64,000 nt of DNA, taken from an uncultured Acidobacteriota bacterium (GTDB taxonomy: Bacteria; Acidobacteriota; Thermoanaerobaculia; Multivoradales; UBA5704). Below, piece after piece: positions 10,261 to 19,122 of the stretch (positions are counted from its first letter, which is position 1; each line of letters opens with the position of its first letter). The position numbers and the translations under genes were made by a program. A model generated the notes under the pieces. The model searched no databases. It saw only the letters and a program-made list of their open reading frames with translations, and was not told the DNA's origin. The stretch is taken from NCBI GenBank assembly GCA_963761805.1, contig CAVXIV010000014.1:362692-426691 (forward strand). The letters are read 5' to 3'.

Positions 10261-10698
10261 ATGTCTCCTCAACACAAGACGATCGCCTTGTTCGCGGCCG
10301 TGGCCTACGTCTTCGCCGTGCCCCTGTCCGCCGTGCTTTGGGGCTGGAGCGCGGGAGCATGGCTCTTGCTGATCGCGCTGGCGCCGAGCGTCATCGCGAT
10401 GGGCTGGACGAAAATCCTCTTTCTTCGGCCGCGTCTGCAGACCGTTCCTGCCTTCTTGAGAGGCGGCGGCGTGGGACTGCTCAGCTACCTTTCCTTCGGG
10501 GTCCTTGCCGCGGTCGGCTTGTCGCTTCCTTCGGATGCGGTTGCTTCCGCGTTGCGGGAGCAGTTGTGGTACTTCCTGATTGTCGGCACGGTAATGTTCG
10601 GTCTGCCGTTGGCGGTGGTGGGAGCTGTCACGGGGTTCGTTGCGGAGAAGCTCTTCGGCCGTGAAGGCACTGACACCAGGAGAAGGAGAGCTTACTAA
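10261..10698 (+). CDS. Small integral membrane protein, unknown function
   Basis: 145-aa ORF with about four hydrophobic segments and a basic C-terminal tail. No recognisable motif. Confidence 0.5.
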   Translation: MSPQHKTIALFAAVAYVFAVPLSAVLWGWSAGAWLLLIALAPSVIAMGWTKILFLRPRLQTVPAFLRGGGVGLLSYLSFGVLAAVGLSLPSDAVASALREQLWYFLIVGTVMFGLPLAVVGAVTGFVAEKLFGREGTDTRRRRAY

Positions 10699-10920
10699 AA
10701 AGCACGGTCTCCGGACAGATGGAACGAAGGGGACTTCCCGAATGACCAGACACTGCAGGATTCCGTCAACAGGACGGCATGTCCATGATTGGCTACTCGT
10801 CCATTACGTACGTGGATGAGTACGCCGCACTGCGTGGAAGAGAGACCTCGAGAACCACACCTATGCTACAGCAGCAGCCGTGGAGTTCTCGCTTCTGCCG
10901 TGCAGGCATCACCCACCCAG

Positions 10921-12198
10921 CTATCCGGTTCGCCTAAAGCGTGGACGCTCAAGGCGTACATATGGTCGTTGTGGAACACTCTGGTCGATTAGCTGATTTG
11001 CAAACCTGTACCAAGATCCGTCCTTCGGAAAGAAGTCTGTCGGCAGCGAGCGCAACTGAGTCATAACACAATCCACTATACTATTTTCTATCATCTTTGG
11101 GTCTACACCCCAAGCAGCACAGGCGTGGTCAACCAAGGGCGCAAGCAAATATTCTCCAAACTTGTGATCGAACATGAAGCTGTGCCTGATGGAGTAATTA
11201 GGATCTGACTCCTCAAAGCACTTATAAGGATAACTTAGCAGGTTTGTAAGATGCCCGGCACGCGACATCAATGGCAAGTCGCGATCAACCGACTCAAGGT
11301 CACGAAGCACCGTAGCCTGGCAGTGCCAGGAAGCATCAAAAGCGAACAGCACATTCTGCGCGTGCCACTCCCCTTGTAAGCCACCCTCGGCCAGCATGGC
11401 GAAGTACGAAAGGATTGTAGGGAGTAACAGCTCCTCTAGGAGAAATCGAATCCGGCCATCACCATGGACGTCGCCTAATTGCTGGAGGATGCTTTTCGCG
11501 TTTGGATCACGACTATCGTGAGAGAAAAGAGAGAAGGCAGGGATGAGGTAGCAAGCATCGCACGAGCAAACTCCATAGGGCTCAGCCGACCGCCAAATCA
11601 TTCCCCAAGAGCCAGCACCCTTCTGGGCATTCAGCTCAAACACACGTGCTCCCGCTTCGCGAAGAAAGGCAAAAGAGGCAGGTAATCGGCGCGCTAAAAC
11701 TAGGCGCAACAGGAGGTCATCAGTCTCAAGAGCGGCTAATGCATGCTTTAGAGAGATCCGTCGAAGTATGCGGCCCAAGTGTCCCTCATAGTGGAGCTTC
11801 AAATATCCGCTTAGATGTGGGGTTTTGACCTTGACTGTTCGAGCGCTAGAGGTGGGCATAACTTCGAACCACGACGGACGACTCTCTCCCTCGCGGAATG
11901 GTTCTAACGCTGAGTGCTCCTCCATGTCTGGGTGAATGAATATTGATCTATCAGGCCGAATTACCTTAGAACCGAAGAGAGCTATTGGTATGTTTCCGAG
12001 TTGATGGATCGTTACATCCCTTGCAGCCTCAATGACGGAGAGAGGAAAACTCACATTCGAGCCTTGGGGTCGAGTTTGTAGGGACGTGGTATTGACGAAG
12101 GTAAATCCGCTAGGAGATCCATCGTTGACGTAGCGCTCCATCAGAACGAGAGAGGCAGCAGGGTCCCCCTGAATGGACTCCAACCTCATGGTAGTCAA
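10921..12198 (-). CDS. Hypothetical protein with a weak IucA/IucC (NIS-synthetase)-like C-terminal motif
   Basis: Clean 425-aa ORF in a markedly lower-GC stretch. The motif GEWHAQNVLF...VLRDLESVDRD resembles the H-x-QN...RD motif of IucA/IucC ligases. This assignment is tentative. Confidence 0.35.
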   Translation of the reverse strand: MTTMRLESIQGDPAASLVLMERYVNDGSPSGFTFVNTTSLQTRPQGSNVSFPLSVIEAARDVTIHQLGNIPIALFGSKVIRPDRSIFIHPDMEEHSALEPFREGESRPSWFEVMPTSSARTVKVKTPHLSGYLKLHYEGHLGRILRRISLKHALAALETDDLLLRLVLARRLPASFAFLREAGARVFELNAQKGAGSWGMIWRSAEPYGVCSCDACYLIPAFSLFSHDSRDPNAKSILQQLGDVHGDGRIRFLLEELLLPTILSYFAMLAEGGLQGEWHAQNVLFAFDASWHCQATVLRDLESVDRDLPLMSRAGHLTNLLSYPYKCFEESDPNYSIRHSFMFDHKFGEYLLAPLVDHACAAWGVDPKMIENSIVDCVMTQLRSLPTDFFPKDGSWYRFANQLIDQSVPQRPYVRLERPRFRRTG

Positions 12199-12237
12199 GC
12201 GAGAATTGCGGCTATCATAAAGCTCCAGCGCTGCCGC

Positions 12238-13464
12238 CTACATGGCGAGTTTAGCAGCCTGCCGCTGAAGTTCTACTGCCTTTTCAGAATCCCCTAGGAG
12301 TGACGCAGTCGCTGAAGCCTCCAAGAGAAATGCCCTTGCTTCGCCAAAGCTCTGCTCTGCACGAGCAACTGCAGCTAAGCCAATCAGGCTAACTAGCTCG
12401 CAATCGCGTCTCGCAGAGAGCCGGGCCGTCGCTAGTCCACGACGGTAGCTATCTTTTGCCGCGGCCACGTCACCCATTTCGAGTTGGACTTGACCAATCG
12501 GCCCGTATACCTTTAATGCCCTGTCGCGGTCGGCTAGCCGGGCAAAGAGTTCCTGTGCTGAAACTAAAGCCGGAAGAGCGGCAGCAAAGTCGCCTCTACG
12601 TTGAAGCTCCCGTGCTCGCTGGTATGCAAGGCCAGCAGTCAGTTCGGCATGCTCCCTGGCATCAGTTACCTTGTCAAGAGCTCTTTCGGCCTCGGAGGCA
12701 CAAAGGGCAGATTGCTCGATATCTCCACGCTTGAGGTGTATGCCAGCCAAATGGCGAAAGGCCCGACTAACTAAACCATATGCGTTTACCTTTTGGGCAA
12801 CGCTCAAGCCATGCCGGATGTACTTAAGCGCGTCCTCGTATTGGCGAAGTGCGGCACTAGTCCAGCCCAGATCGTCTATAAGGGCAGACGCCTGTATGTC
12901 TGGCCTATCGCTAAATGCGGCAGCACCTTCGACCAGTTTCCCGATTTCTATCCTGAGCTGATATCGACCTGTCAGCCACAATGGCCGACTAAGCGGTCGT
13001 CCTAATGTGATCACTTCTTCCCAATTCCTCTTAGCATGCGCCTCTCGTAATACAGCGATTAGAGAGGTTGCCGCATCTTGACTTACGGACTCGGAAGCTC
13101 GCTGAACAACGGCAAGTTCCGCTCGTGACTCTTGAAGGGCCCGTGCTGTTCGTGCTAGTGCACGGGACAAGAAGATTAGCTCCCAGGCCATCCCCAAAAA
13201 GACTGCAAGAAGCAGAAAGGCGATTAGACCGCTTACACGATAGCCAGACAGGGGCTTTGTTGGGATAAAATAGCTGGCAATCTCAAGGAGAAGCCAAAGA
13301 GCCGCTAAACCACCGAAAATTCTCGAATGGGTCGAGACTAACCGCGCTGAAATAGACGTTTCTACTGGAATAGGTACAATTTCTAATTGATCCATTGTTA
13401 CGCTCTTAATTTGGCTAATTTCCTTCAGATTTAGTTCCTGAATACCCTCCTCCGGAACAGGCAC
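12238..13464 (-). CDS. Membrane-anchored TPR-repeat protein
   Basis: 408-aa ORF in the low-GC stretch. Two N-terminal TM segments are followed by repeated A-x-x-Y/L-x-x-A/G helical TPR-like units. Confidence 0.55.
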   Translation of the reverse strand: MPVPEEGIQELNLKEISQIKSVTMDQLEIVPIPVETSISARLVSTHSRIFGGLAALWLLLEIASYFIPTKPLSGYRVSGLIAFLLLAVFLGMAWELIFLSRALARTARALQESRAELAVVQRASESVSQDAATSLIAVLREAHAKRNWEEVITLGRPLSRPLWLTGRYQLRIEIGKLVEGAAAFSDRPDIQASALIDDLGWTSAALRQYEDALKYIRHGLSVAQKVNAYGLVSRAFRHLAGIHLKRGDIEQSALCASEAERALDKVTDAREHAELTAGLAYQRARELQRRGDFAAALPALVSAQELFARLADRDRALKVYGPIGQVQLEMGDVAAAKDSYRRGLATARLSARRDCELVSLIGLAAVARAEQSFGEARAFLLEASATASLLGDSEKAVELQRQAAKLAM

Positions 13465-13615
13465 TCCCCACGAAGTTCATCATGAACAGACTGTTTGATT
13501 CATTATACTTCGCTCTATCGTTCTCGTCAAACTCTGAGGTTAGCCACTCTGGCTCGTTAACTCTCTAGCGCAAAGTCTCCGGACTCTGAGCCGTCGTCAA
13601 CTTCTCCAGAGCAAG

Positions 13616-14080
13616 TCACAGATCAAGACCGAGAAACCGCGTCCCCATGATCGGGTTGTACCGGTAAGGAGGGATCTCTTGGAAGCCCAGGCGCTCGTAC
13701 AGCCGCTGCGCGCCGCCCATTGTAGGCAGCGTGTCGAGGTACATCCGCTGATAGCCGATGGACCTTGCCTCGGCGATGAGGCGCTCTGCGAGTTGCCGGC
13801 CTAAACCTGTTGCCCGGTATTCCGGTCGTACGTAGAGCCGCTTCATCTCGCACGTATCGCTCGTCAAAGGCCGCATCGCGACGCACCCGGCCGGCGCGCC
13901 GTCATCCAGCGCGAGCAGGAGCCGGCCGCGCGGAGGCGCATATTCGCCGGGCAGCGTCTGGAGCTCCGTCTCGAAATCCTGGAAGCTCAGATCGACGCCG
14001 AGAGCTTCCTGATATTCGCGAAACAGTCCGCGAGCGGTTTCCACAGCGGCCGTTTCGATGGCTTCGCTGATGTCGATCAT
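13616..14080 (-). CDS. GNAT family N-acetyltransferase
   Basis: 154 aa. Acetyl-CoA binding motif RLYVRPEYRATGLGRQLAERL and C-terminal RLYERLGF. Confidence 0.8.
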   Translation of the reverse strand: MIDISEAIETAAVETARGLFREYQEALGVDLSFQDFETELQTLPGEYAPPRGRLLLALDDGAPAGCVAMRPLTSDTCEMKRLYVRPEYRATGLGRQLAERLIAEARSIGYQRMYLDTLPTMGGAQRLYERLGFQEIPPYRYNPIMGTRFLGLDL

Positions 14081-14104
14081 TGGCTTGACGATGTTCTCGA
14101 GGAG

Positions 14105-14989
14105 TTACACCAGCTCCGGATGCCGCAGCACCGCCGCCAGCAGCCTCCGCAGCTTCTCCGCCGCCCCGCGCCCGGCCTCCAGCACCTCTTCGTGGGTCAC
14201 CGGCGCATCCGAGAGGCCCGCGCCGGGATTGCTCACCATCGAGATGCACAGGCAGCGCATCCCTATGTGGCGTGCGGCGGTGACTTCCAGCACGGTGGAC
14301 ATGCCGGCGACGTCGCCGCCGAGGATCTGGAGCATCTTCACCTCGGCCGGCGTCTCGTAGGCCGGGCCGGACAACCCGGCGTAGACGCCTTCTTCCAATG
14401 GAATGCCGAGCTCGTTCGCGATCCGGCGGGTCAGGTCGCGGAGACGGGGATCGTACGCGGCGGTCATGTCCGGGAAGCGCGGCCCCCACTCCGGCGGGAG
14501 CTGGCCTCGCAGCGGCGTCATGCCCGTGAGGTTCAGATGGTCGCGGATCAGGACGAGGTCGCCCGGCCGGTAATGGGTCCGCAGGCCGCCCGTGGCATTG
14601 GTCATCACCAGCACCTTGGCGCCCAGCAGGGCGGCCAGCCGCACAGGGAAGACGGTCTCGTTGGCGTCGTAGCCCTGGTAGGAGTGAAGGCGCCCCTTGT
14701 AGTAGAGGACGGGACGGCCCGGCGCCGGCTCGAAGATCTCCACCGAGTGCGGATGCCCTTCGATGGCGTGGGTGCCGAACGGGAGCAGGAACTCGAGCTG
14801 GAGGGGACCATGGGTGCGCTCCCCCACCTCCACGGCCAGTCCGGAGCCCGAGACCAGGGCCACCTCGGGCCGCGGCCAGCCCAGCATGTCGTACCGCTCC
14901 ACGGCGGACTTGTGGGATTCCGTCAGGGAATCCTCAGGCTGTTCCAAGGATTGGTGCACCAGTCCTTTGAGATCTTCGGTGTTGTCCAT
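14105..14989 (-). CDS. punA: Purine nucleoside phosphorylase (trimeric PNP/MTAP family)
   Basis: Motifs VLVMTNATGGL and GLSGPAYETPAEVKMLQILGGDVAGMSTVLEV. Start set at ATG 14989 (MDNTEDLK). The listed ORF extends to 15274 through an Arg/Gly-rich extension that overlaps the divergent peptide gene. Confidence 0.8.
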   Translation of the reverse strand: MDNTEDLKGLVHQSLEQPEDSLTESHKSAVERYDMLGWPRPEVALVSGSGLAVEVGERTHGPLQLEFLLPFGTHAIEGHPHSVEIFEPAPGRPVLYYKGRLHSYQGYDANETVFPVRLAALLGAKVLVMTNATGGLRTHYRPGDLVLIRDHLNLTGMTPLRGQLPPEWGPRFPDMTAAYDPRLRDLTRRIANELGIPLEEGVYAGLSGPAYETPAEVKMLQILGGDVAGMSTVLEVTAARHIGMRCLCISMVSNPGAGLSDAPVTHEEVLEAGRGAAEKLRRLLAAVLRHPELV

Positions 14990-15058
14990 GGGCGCGTATC
15001 GTATCCTGTCGCTCCGCTCTCCGGACGATCGGAGAGCGCCTACCATGGAGGTCGAATC

Positions 15059-15259
15059 ATGAAGAGGACGCTCATCAAGCTCGCCGTCGCCTGTTGCCTG
15101 CTGGCCCTGCCTTTCGTCGTGCCCGTGCCGGCCGCCGCCGAGAAGTGCGCGAGTTGCTCCGAGTTGGTGAAGGCCTGCAAATCCTTCTGCGGCAGCAACA
15201 ACGTGATCTTCGATTGCCAGAACAGCAATCCCTGCGCGGGGACTTGCAGCTGCGGGTAG
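15059..15259 (+). CDS. Small secreted 8-cysteine peptide (66-aa precursor, about 39-aa mature)
   Basis: ATG 15059 has GGAG 9 nt upstream. The Sec-type signal MKRTLIKLAVACCLLALPFVVPVPAAA is followed by EKCASCSELVKACKSFCGSNNVIFDCQNSNPCAGTCSCG, with Cys spacing C-x2-C-x6-C-x3-C-x8-C-x5-C-x3-C-x-C. It is visible only as the tail of shadow ORF 14120..15259. Confidence 0.55.
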   Translation: MKRTLIKLAVACCLLALPFVVPVPAAAEKCASCSELVKACKSFCGSNNVIFDCQNSNPCAGTCSCG

Positions 15260-15267
15260 GCCCCGAT

Positions 15268-15469
15268 CCCTCACCCCGACCCTCTCCCGGCCTCCCTCGC
15301 CGGAGAGAGGGGAAAGGACAGCAAGGACACCAAGGACCTCAAGGACAACAGGGACATGCTTTATCTGTCCTTGGTGTCTTTGGTGTCCCTGGTGTCCTTT
15401 CCTGCTGTTCTCCCTCCTCTTCCGGACGGCGGGGGGGAGGCCGGGAGAGGAGGGCCGGGGTGGTGAGGG
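15268..15469. repeat. Imperfect palindrome of about 200 bp (long hairpin) built from GGAC-containing short units
   Basis: The outer arm ccctcaccccgaccctctcccggcctccc matches the reverse complement of gggaggccgggagaggagggccggggtggtgaggg. The inner arm aaaggacagcaaggacaccaaggacctcaaggacaacagggac faces gtccttggtgtctttggtgtccctggtgtcctttcc. It lies between the Cys-peptide gene and lysS and probably terminates transcription. Confidence 0.7.
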
Positions 15470-15528
15470 CCTCAGAGTTGCGCTATCTTCCCTGATTCTG
15501 AAGAGGCATCAGGGGGAGAGGTGCGCCC

Positions 15529-17028
15529 ATGTCCGAGCTCGACAATCAGATCCAGAACCGCCGCGAGAAGCGCCAGCGCCTCGCCGAGGCCGGCATCCCG
15601 GTCTATCCGCACCGCTTCGAGTGGGACCTGGAGCCCACGGACGTCCATGCGCAGCACGGCGCGAAGACCGCCGAGGAACTGGAGGCCGCGGGCATCAAGC
15701 TCCGCGTGCCGGGACGGGTGCGCTCGTTCCGCTCCCAAGGCAAGATCGTGTTCCTCGACATCCACGACGGCAAGGAGAAGCTGCAGCTCTTCGTCCGCAA
15801 GGGCAGCCTGCCGGAGAAGGCGGTGCTGGTGCTGGACAATCTGGACCTGGGCGACGTCGTCGGCGCCGAGGGGATGCTGATGCGCACCCGCGCGGGCGAG
15901 CTGTCGCTCATGGCGGACGACCTCACACTGCTCTCCAAGGCCCTGCGCCCCCTGCCCGAGAAGTGGCACGGCCTCGCCGACGTCGAGACCCGCTACCGCC
16001 AGCGCTACCTCGACCTTGCCACCAACGAGGAGTCGCGGCGGGTGTTCGAGGTGCGGGCGGCGATCATCAAGGGCATCCGGGAGTTCCTGGACGCCCGCGG
16101 CTTCCTGGAGGTGGAGACGCCGATGATGCAGGTGATCCCGGGCGGGGCCACGGCGCGGCCGTTCAAGACCCACCACAACGCCCTGGACATGGACCTCTAC
16201 CTGCGCATCGCGCCCGAGCTCTTCCTCAAGCGCCTGCTGGTGGGCGGCATCCCGCGGGTCTACGAGATCAACCGCAACTTCCGAAACGAGGGGATCTCGA
16301 CGCGGCACAACCCCGAGTTCACGATGCTGGAGTTCTACTGGGCCTACGCCGACTACCGGGAGATGATGGACTTCACCGAGGAGATGCTGACCGGTCTGGC
16401 GGAGATCGCGATGCGCGTCCAGGGCAGGGAGCAACTCACCTGGGAGGGGCGGCCGATCGACCTCACCCGCCCCTGGAAGCGGCTGACCATGCGCGACGCC
16501 ATCACGCATTTCGGGAGCATCCCGGCGGAACGGCTGGAGACCGCGGAGTCCGTGCGCGCCGTGCTGGAGGAGAAGGGGCTCGACATCCCCCAGGGCGGCA
16601 CCTACGGCCATCTCCTGATGGGCCTGTTCGAGGACACGGTGGAAGAGCACCTCTTCGATCCGGTCTTTATCACGGACCACCCGACGGACGTGTCGCCGCT
16701 GGCCAAGCAGCGGCCGGACGATCCGCGCTTCACCGAGCGCTTCGAGCTGTACATCGCGGGCATGGAGATCTCGAACGCCTTCAGCGAGCTCAACGATCCG
16801 GACATCCAGGCCGAGCGCTTCCGCCAGCAGGTGGCGGCGCGCGAGCAGGGGGACGTGGAAGCCCACCTCTACGACGCCGACTACGTCCGCGCCCTGGAGC
16901 ACGCCATGCCCCCGGCGGCCGGCAACGGCACCGGCATCGACCGCCTGACCATGCTCCTCACGGACCGGCAGTCGATCCGCGACGTGATCCTGTTCCCGTT
17001 GATGCGGCCGGAGGCGGAGATCGAGTAG
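15529..17028 (+). CDS. lysS: Lysyl-tRNA synthetase, class II
   Basis: 499 aa with an OB-fold N-terminus and class II catalytic core (FLEVETPMMQ, YLRIAPELFLKRL, NEGIS..HNPEFTMLEFY, GxGIDRL). Confidence 0.95.
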   Translation: MSELDNQIQNRREKRQRLAEAGIPVYPHRFEWDLEPTDVHAQHGAKTAEELEAAGIKLRVPGRVRSFRSQGKIVFLDIHDGKEKLQLFVRKGSLPEKAVLVLDNLDLGDVVGAEGMLMRTRAGELSLMADDLTLLSKALRPLPEKWHGLADVETRYRQRYLDLATNEESRRVFEVRAAIIKGIREFLDARGFLEVETPMMQVIPGGATARPFKTHHNALDMDLYLRIAPELFLKRLLVGGIPRVYEINRNFRNEGISTRHNPEFTMLEFYWAYADYREMMDFTEEMLTGLAEIAMRVQGREQLTWEGRPIDLTRPWKRLTMRDAITHFGSIPAERLETAESVRAVLEEKGLDIPQGGTYGHLLMGLFEDTVEEHLFDPVFITDHPTDVSPLAKQRPDDPRFTERFELYIAGMEISNAFSELNDPDIQAERFRQQVAAREQGDVEAHLYDADYVRALEHAMPPAAGNGTGIDRLTMLLTDRQSIRDVILFPLMRPEAEIE

Positions 17029-17031
17029 CGG

Positions 17032-17535
17032 TTAGCGGAGAGCGGAGGCCTCGGACGCGAAGTGCTCCACCCACTCGCGTTGCTCGGTAGTGTCCGGCAC
17101 CGGCCTCCCCCGCGCGGTCTCGATCTGACGGAAGGCTTCTTCCGGATTTTTTCCCGCAGAAACGAGAACCGACGCAGCGACCAAAGAGGACCTGCCAATC
17201 CCCTGGCGGCAGTGGATGGCGACGTTCTTCCCCGACTCCAGCGCCTTCCCCAGCGTGCTGACGAGCCTTGCCAGATCTTTCCGCGACCTGGGCACGCTGT
17301 AGTCAGGGATCGGGAAGGAGTGGAACTCGAGACCTTGCTCTCGGGAGCGCGCCGATTCTTCCTGGAGATCCAGCTCAGTCATCTCGTCCGGAGTCAGCAG
17401 AGAGGTGACCACATCGAGACCTGCGGCTCGCCACGACCGGACCTCATCAACAAGCCAGTCGCCACCCCGGGGTCGAGGAACGATCCCGAGCCGGCCCGGC
17501 CAAGGGCCTGCTACCCAGTAGACTTCAGCCTTCAT
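17032..17535 (-). CDS. Dual-specificity/protein-tyrosine phosphatase-like protein
   Basis: 167 aa with the PTP-loop VAIHCRQGIGRSS (C-x5-R-S). Confidence 0.7.
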   Translation of the reverse strand: MKAEVYWVAGPWPGRLGIVPRPRGGDWLVDEVRSWRAAGLDVVTSLLTPDEMTELDLQEESARSREQGLEFHSFPIPDYSVPRSRKDLARLVSTLGKALESGKNVAIHCRQGIGRSSLVAASVLVSAGKNPEEAFRQIETARGRPVPDTTEQREWVEHFASEASALR

Positions 17536-17768
17536 GGCGACTCTCGTGGCAGCGCATCCACGTCCACACCACGCTCCCGAAGTACGTAAACGCGGTGGTG
17601 CCCATCCATTATAGTGCCGTCCGCTTTCACCTTCAGTGCACCCGGTCTGCCTGGCGCCAGCGACCCGACCAGATCCTCTGTCGAAAGCTTCCGGAAAGCG
17701 GACAACTTGGGCTTGCTCAACGATTCATCCGAGTGCAGCGGCTTTAGCGGGACCGTACTCCGCGACAC
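17532..17768 (-). CDS. Small ParB/sulfiredoxin-fold-like protein
   Basis: 78 aa with the motif DGTIMDGHHRVYVLRERG (the DGxHR of the ParB N-terminal domain). Its stop overlaps the phosphatase start by 4 nt. Confidence 0.4.
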   Translation of the reverse strand: MSRSTVPLKPLHSDESLSKPKLSAFRKLSTEDLVGSLAPGRPGALKVKADGTIMDGHHRVYVLRERGVDVDALPRESP

Positions 17769-17853
17769 ACCTCTCCCCTATTTGTAATCTCTGAACTGGA
17801 AACTGGCGGTTGTAGATTACCGGAACTGGTACGCGAATGCCAGTACCCGGAGC

Positions 17854-19026
17854 CTACTCCATCTCCTTCAAGAACGAACAAGCCTCTTCATGCCCGCCGT
17901 CACAGGCGCGCTGGTAGAGCTCGCGGGCCTTCGCCTTGTCCTCGGGCACGCCGTCCCCGGCGTGGTACAGGTCGGCGAGGTTGGCGCATCCCAGAGCGTT
18001 TCCTCTGTCACAGCTCCGGGTGAAGAGCTCGACGGCCGCGGCCTTGTCGCGGGCCACGCCATCGCCGTCGCGGTAGAGGACTCCGAGGTTGAAGCAGCCC
18101 AGGGGGTCTCCGATCTCACAGGGAGTCCCCTCGCAGGCGCGGCGGTAGGCGAGCACTGCCCGCATCACGTCGGCCCGGACTCCCGTCCCATGCTCGTGGA
18201 GGAACCCGGCGTTGGTGCAGCCGAGAGCGGTGCCGAGACGGCAGGCGCGTTCGTAGGCGGTCAGGGCATTGCTCGGGCTCGCCCGCGTCCCCCAGCCCTT
18301 TTCGTGGTGCAGACCCGCGTTGTAGCAGGCGTTGGCGTCGCCTCCATCGCAGGCTTTTTCATACAGGACCAGCGCCCGGGCGTCGTCCTCGGAGACTCCA
18401 CGTTCGCCTGTGGCATAGAGGTAGGCGAGATAGGAGCATCCCTCGGCGCTCCCGCCGTCGCAGGCCGTGGTGACAAGGTCGAGGATCTGAGCCTCGTCAG
18501 CCGACTCCTTGATCCCCTGGAGGAGGCGACCACCCAGCTTGGCACAGGCGACGGCGCTGCCGTCCAGGCAGGCCCGCTGGTAGAGCTCGTTGGCGCGGCC
18601 ATGTTCCAGTCCCTTGGCGTGGAGGTTCGCCAGCAGATAGCAACCGGAAGCCCGTCCGGCGTCGCACGCTTTTTCATACAGCTTCCGCGCCTCGACCAGC
18701 TCCAGCTCCTTCTCGAAGCTCTCCGGACCACGGCGCACGGCGAGCTTGACCTTCTCGCCAGGGTACCGGGCGAGGATCTCGCGTTCCAGAGCGCACACGC
18801 CGTCCACGGGCCGGCCGTCGATGGACAGGATCAGGTCGCCCGAACGGAGCCCGGCGCGAGCGGCGGGACCGGACTCCTCGACTTCCTGGAGAACGGCTCC
18901 GTCCTCCCGCAGGGTCTCCGCGTTGCGGAAGTCCGCCCCGACGGTCGCCTGGCCCAACCCGTCCTCTCCTTTCGCGCAACCCAGCGCCAGCACCGGCAAC
19001 AGCCAGAGACAGAGACTTGAACGCAT
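17854..19026 (-). CDS. Lipoprotein with a PDZ domain and Sel1-like (SLR) cysteine-rich repeats
   Basis: Start at ATG 19026 (MRSSLCLWLLPVLALGC, a lipobox). PDZ-like GLRSGDLILSIDGRPV. At least six repeats of the type A..LY.+ACD.G.A.GC..L...Y..G.GV..D. Confidence 0.75.
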   Translation of the reverse strand: MRSSLCLWLLPVLALGCAKGEDGLGQATVGADFRNAETLREDGAVLQEVEESGPAARAGLRSGDLILSIDGRPVDGVCALEREILARYPGEKVKLAVRRGPESFEKELELVEARKLYEKACDAGRASGCYLLANLHAKGLEHGRANELYQRACLDGSAVACAKLGGRLLQGIKESADEAQILDLVTTACDGGSAEGCSYLAYLYATGERGVSEDDARALVLYEKACDGGDANACYNAGLHHEKGWGTRASPSNALTAYERACRLGTALGCTNAGFLHEHGTGVRADVMRAVLAYRRACEGTPCEIGDPLGCFNLGVLYRDGDGVARDKAAAVELFTRSCDRGNALGCANLADLYHAGDGVPEDKAKARELYQRACDGGHEEACSFLKEME

Positions 19027-19122
19027 TGTGGTTCTCCCGGGGGGATCATATTCCGAACCACGCCCGCCCGGGCCGGGGTGGTGAGGGCCCCCCTCCACCT
19101 GCTAGATTCTCTCCATCCACCC

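Noticed and set aside
15094-15495. 133-aa ORF with G-x-Q collagen-like repeats (GKGQQGHQGPQGQQGH)
   Set aside because: The repeats are simply the translation of the tandem aaggaca units of the intergenic palindrome. The second half translates the complementary arm. There is no RBS.
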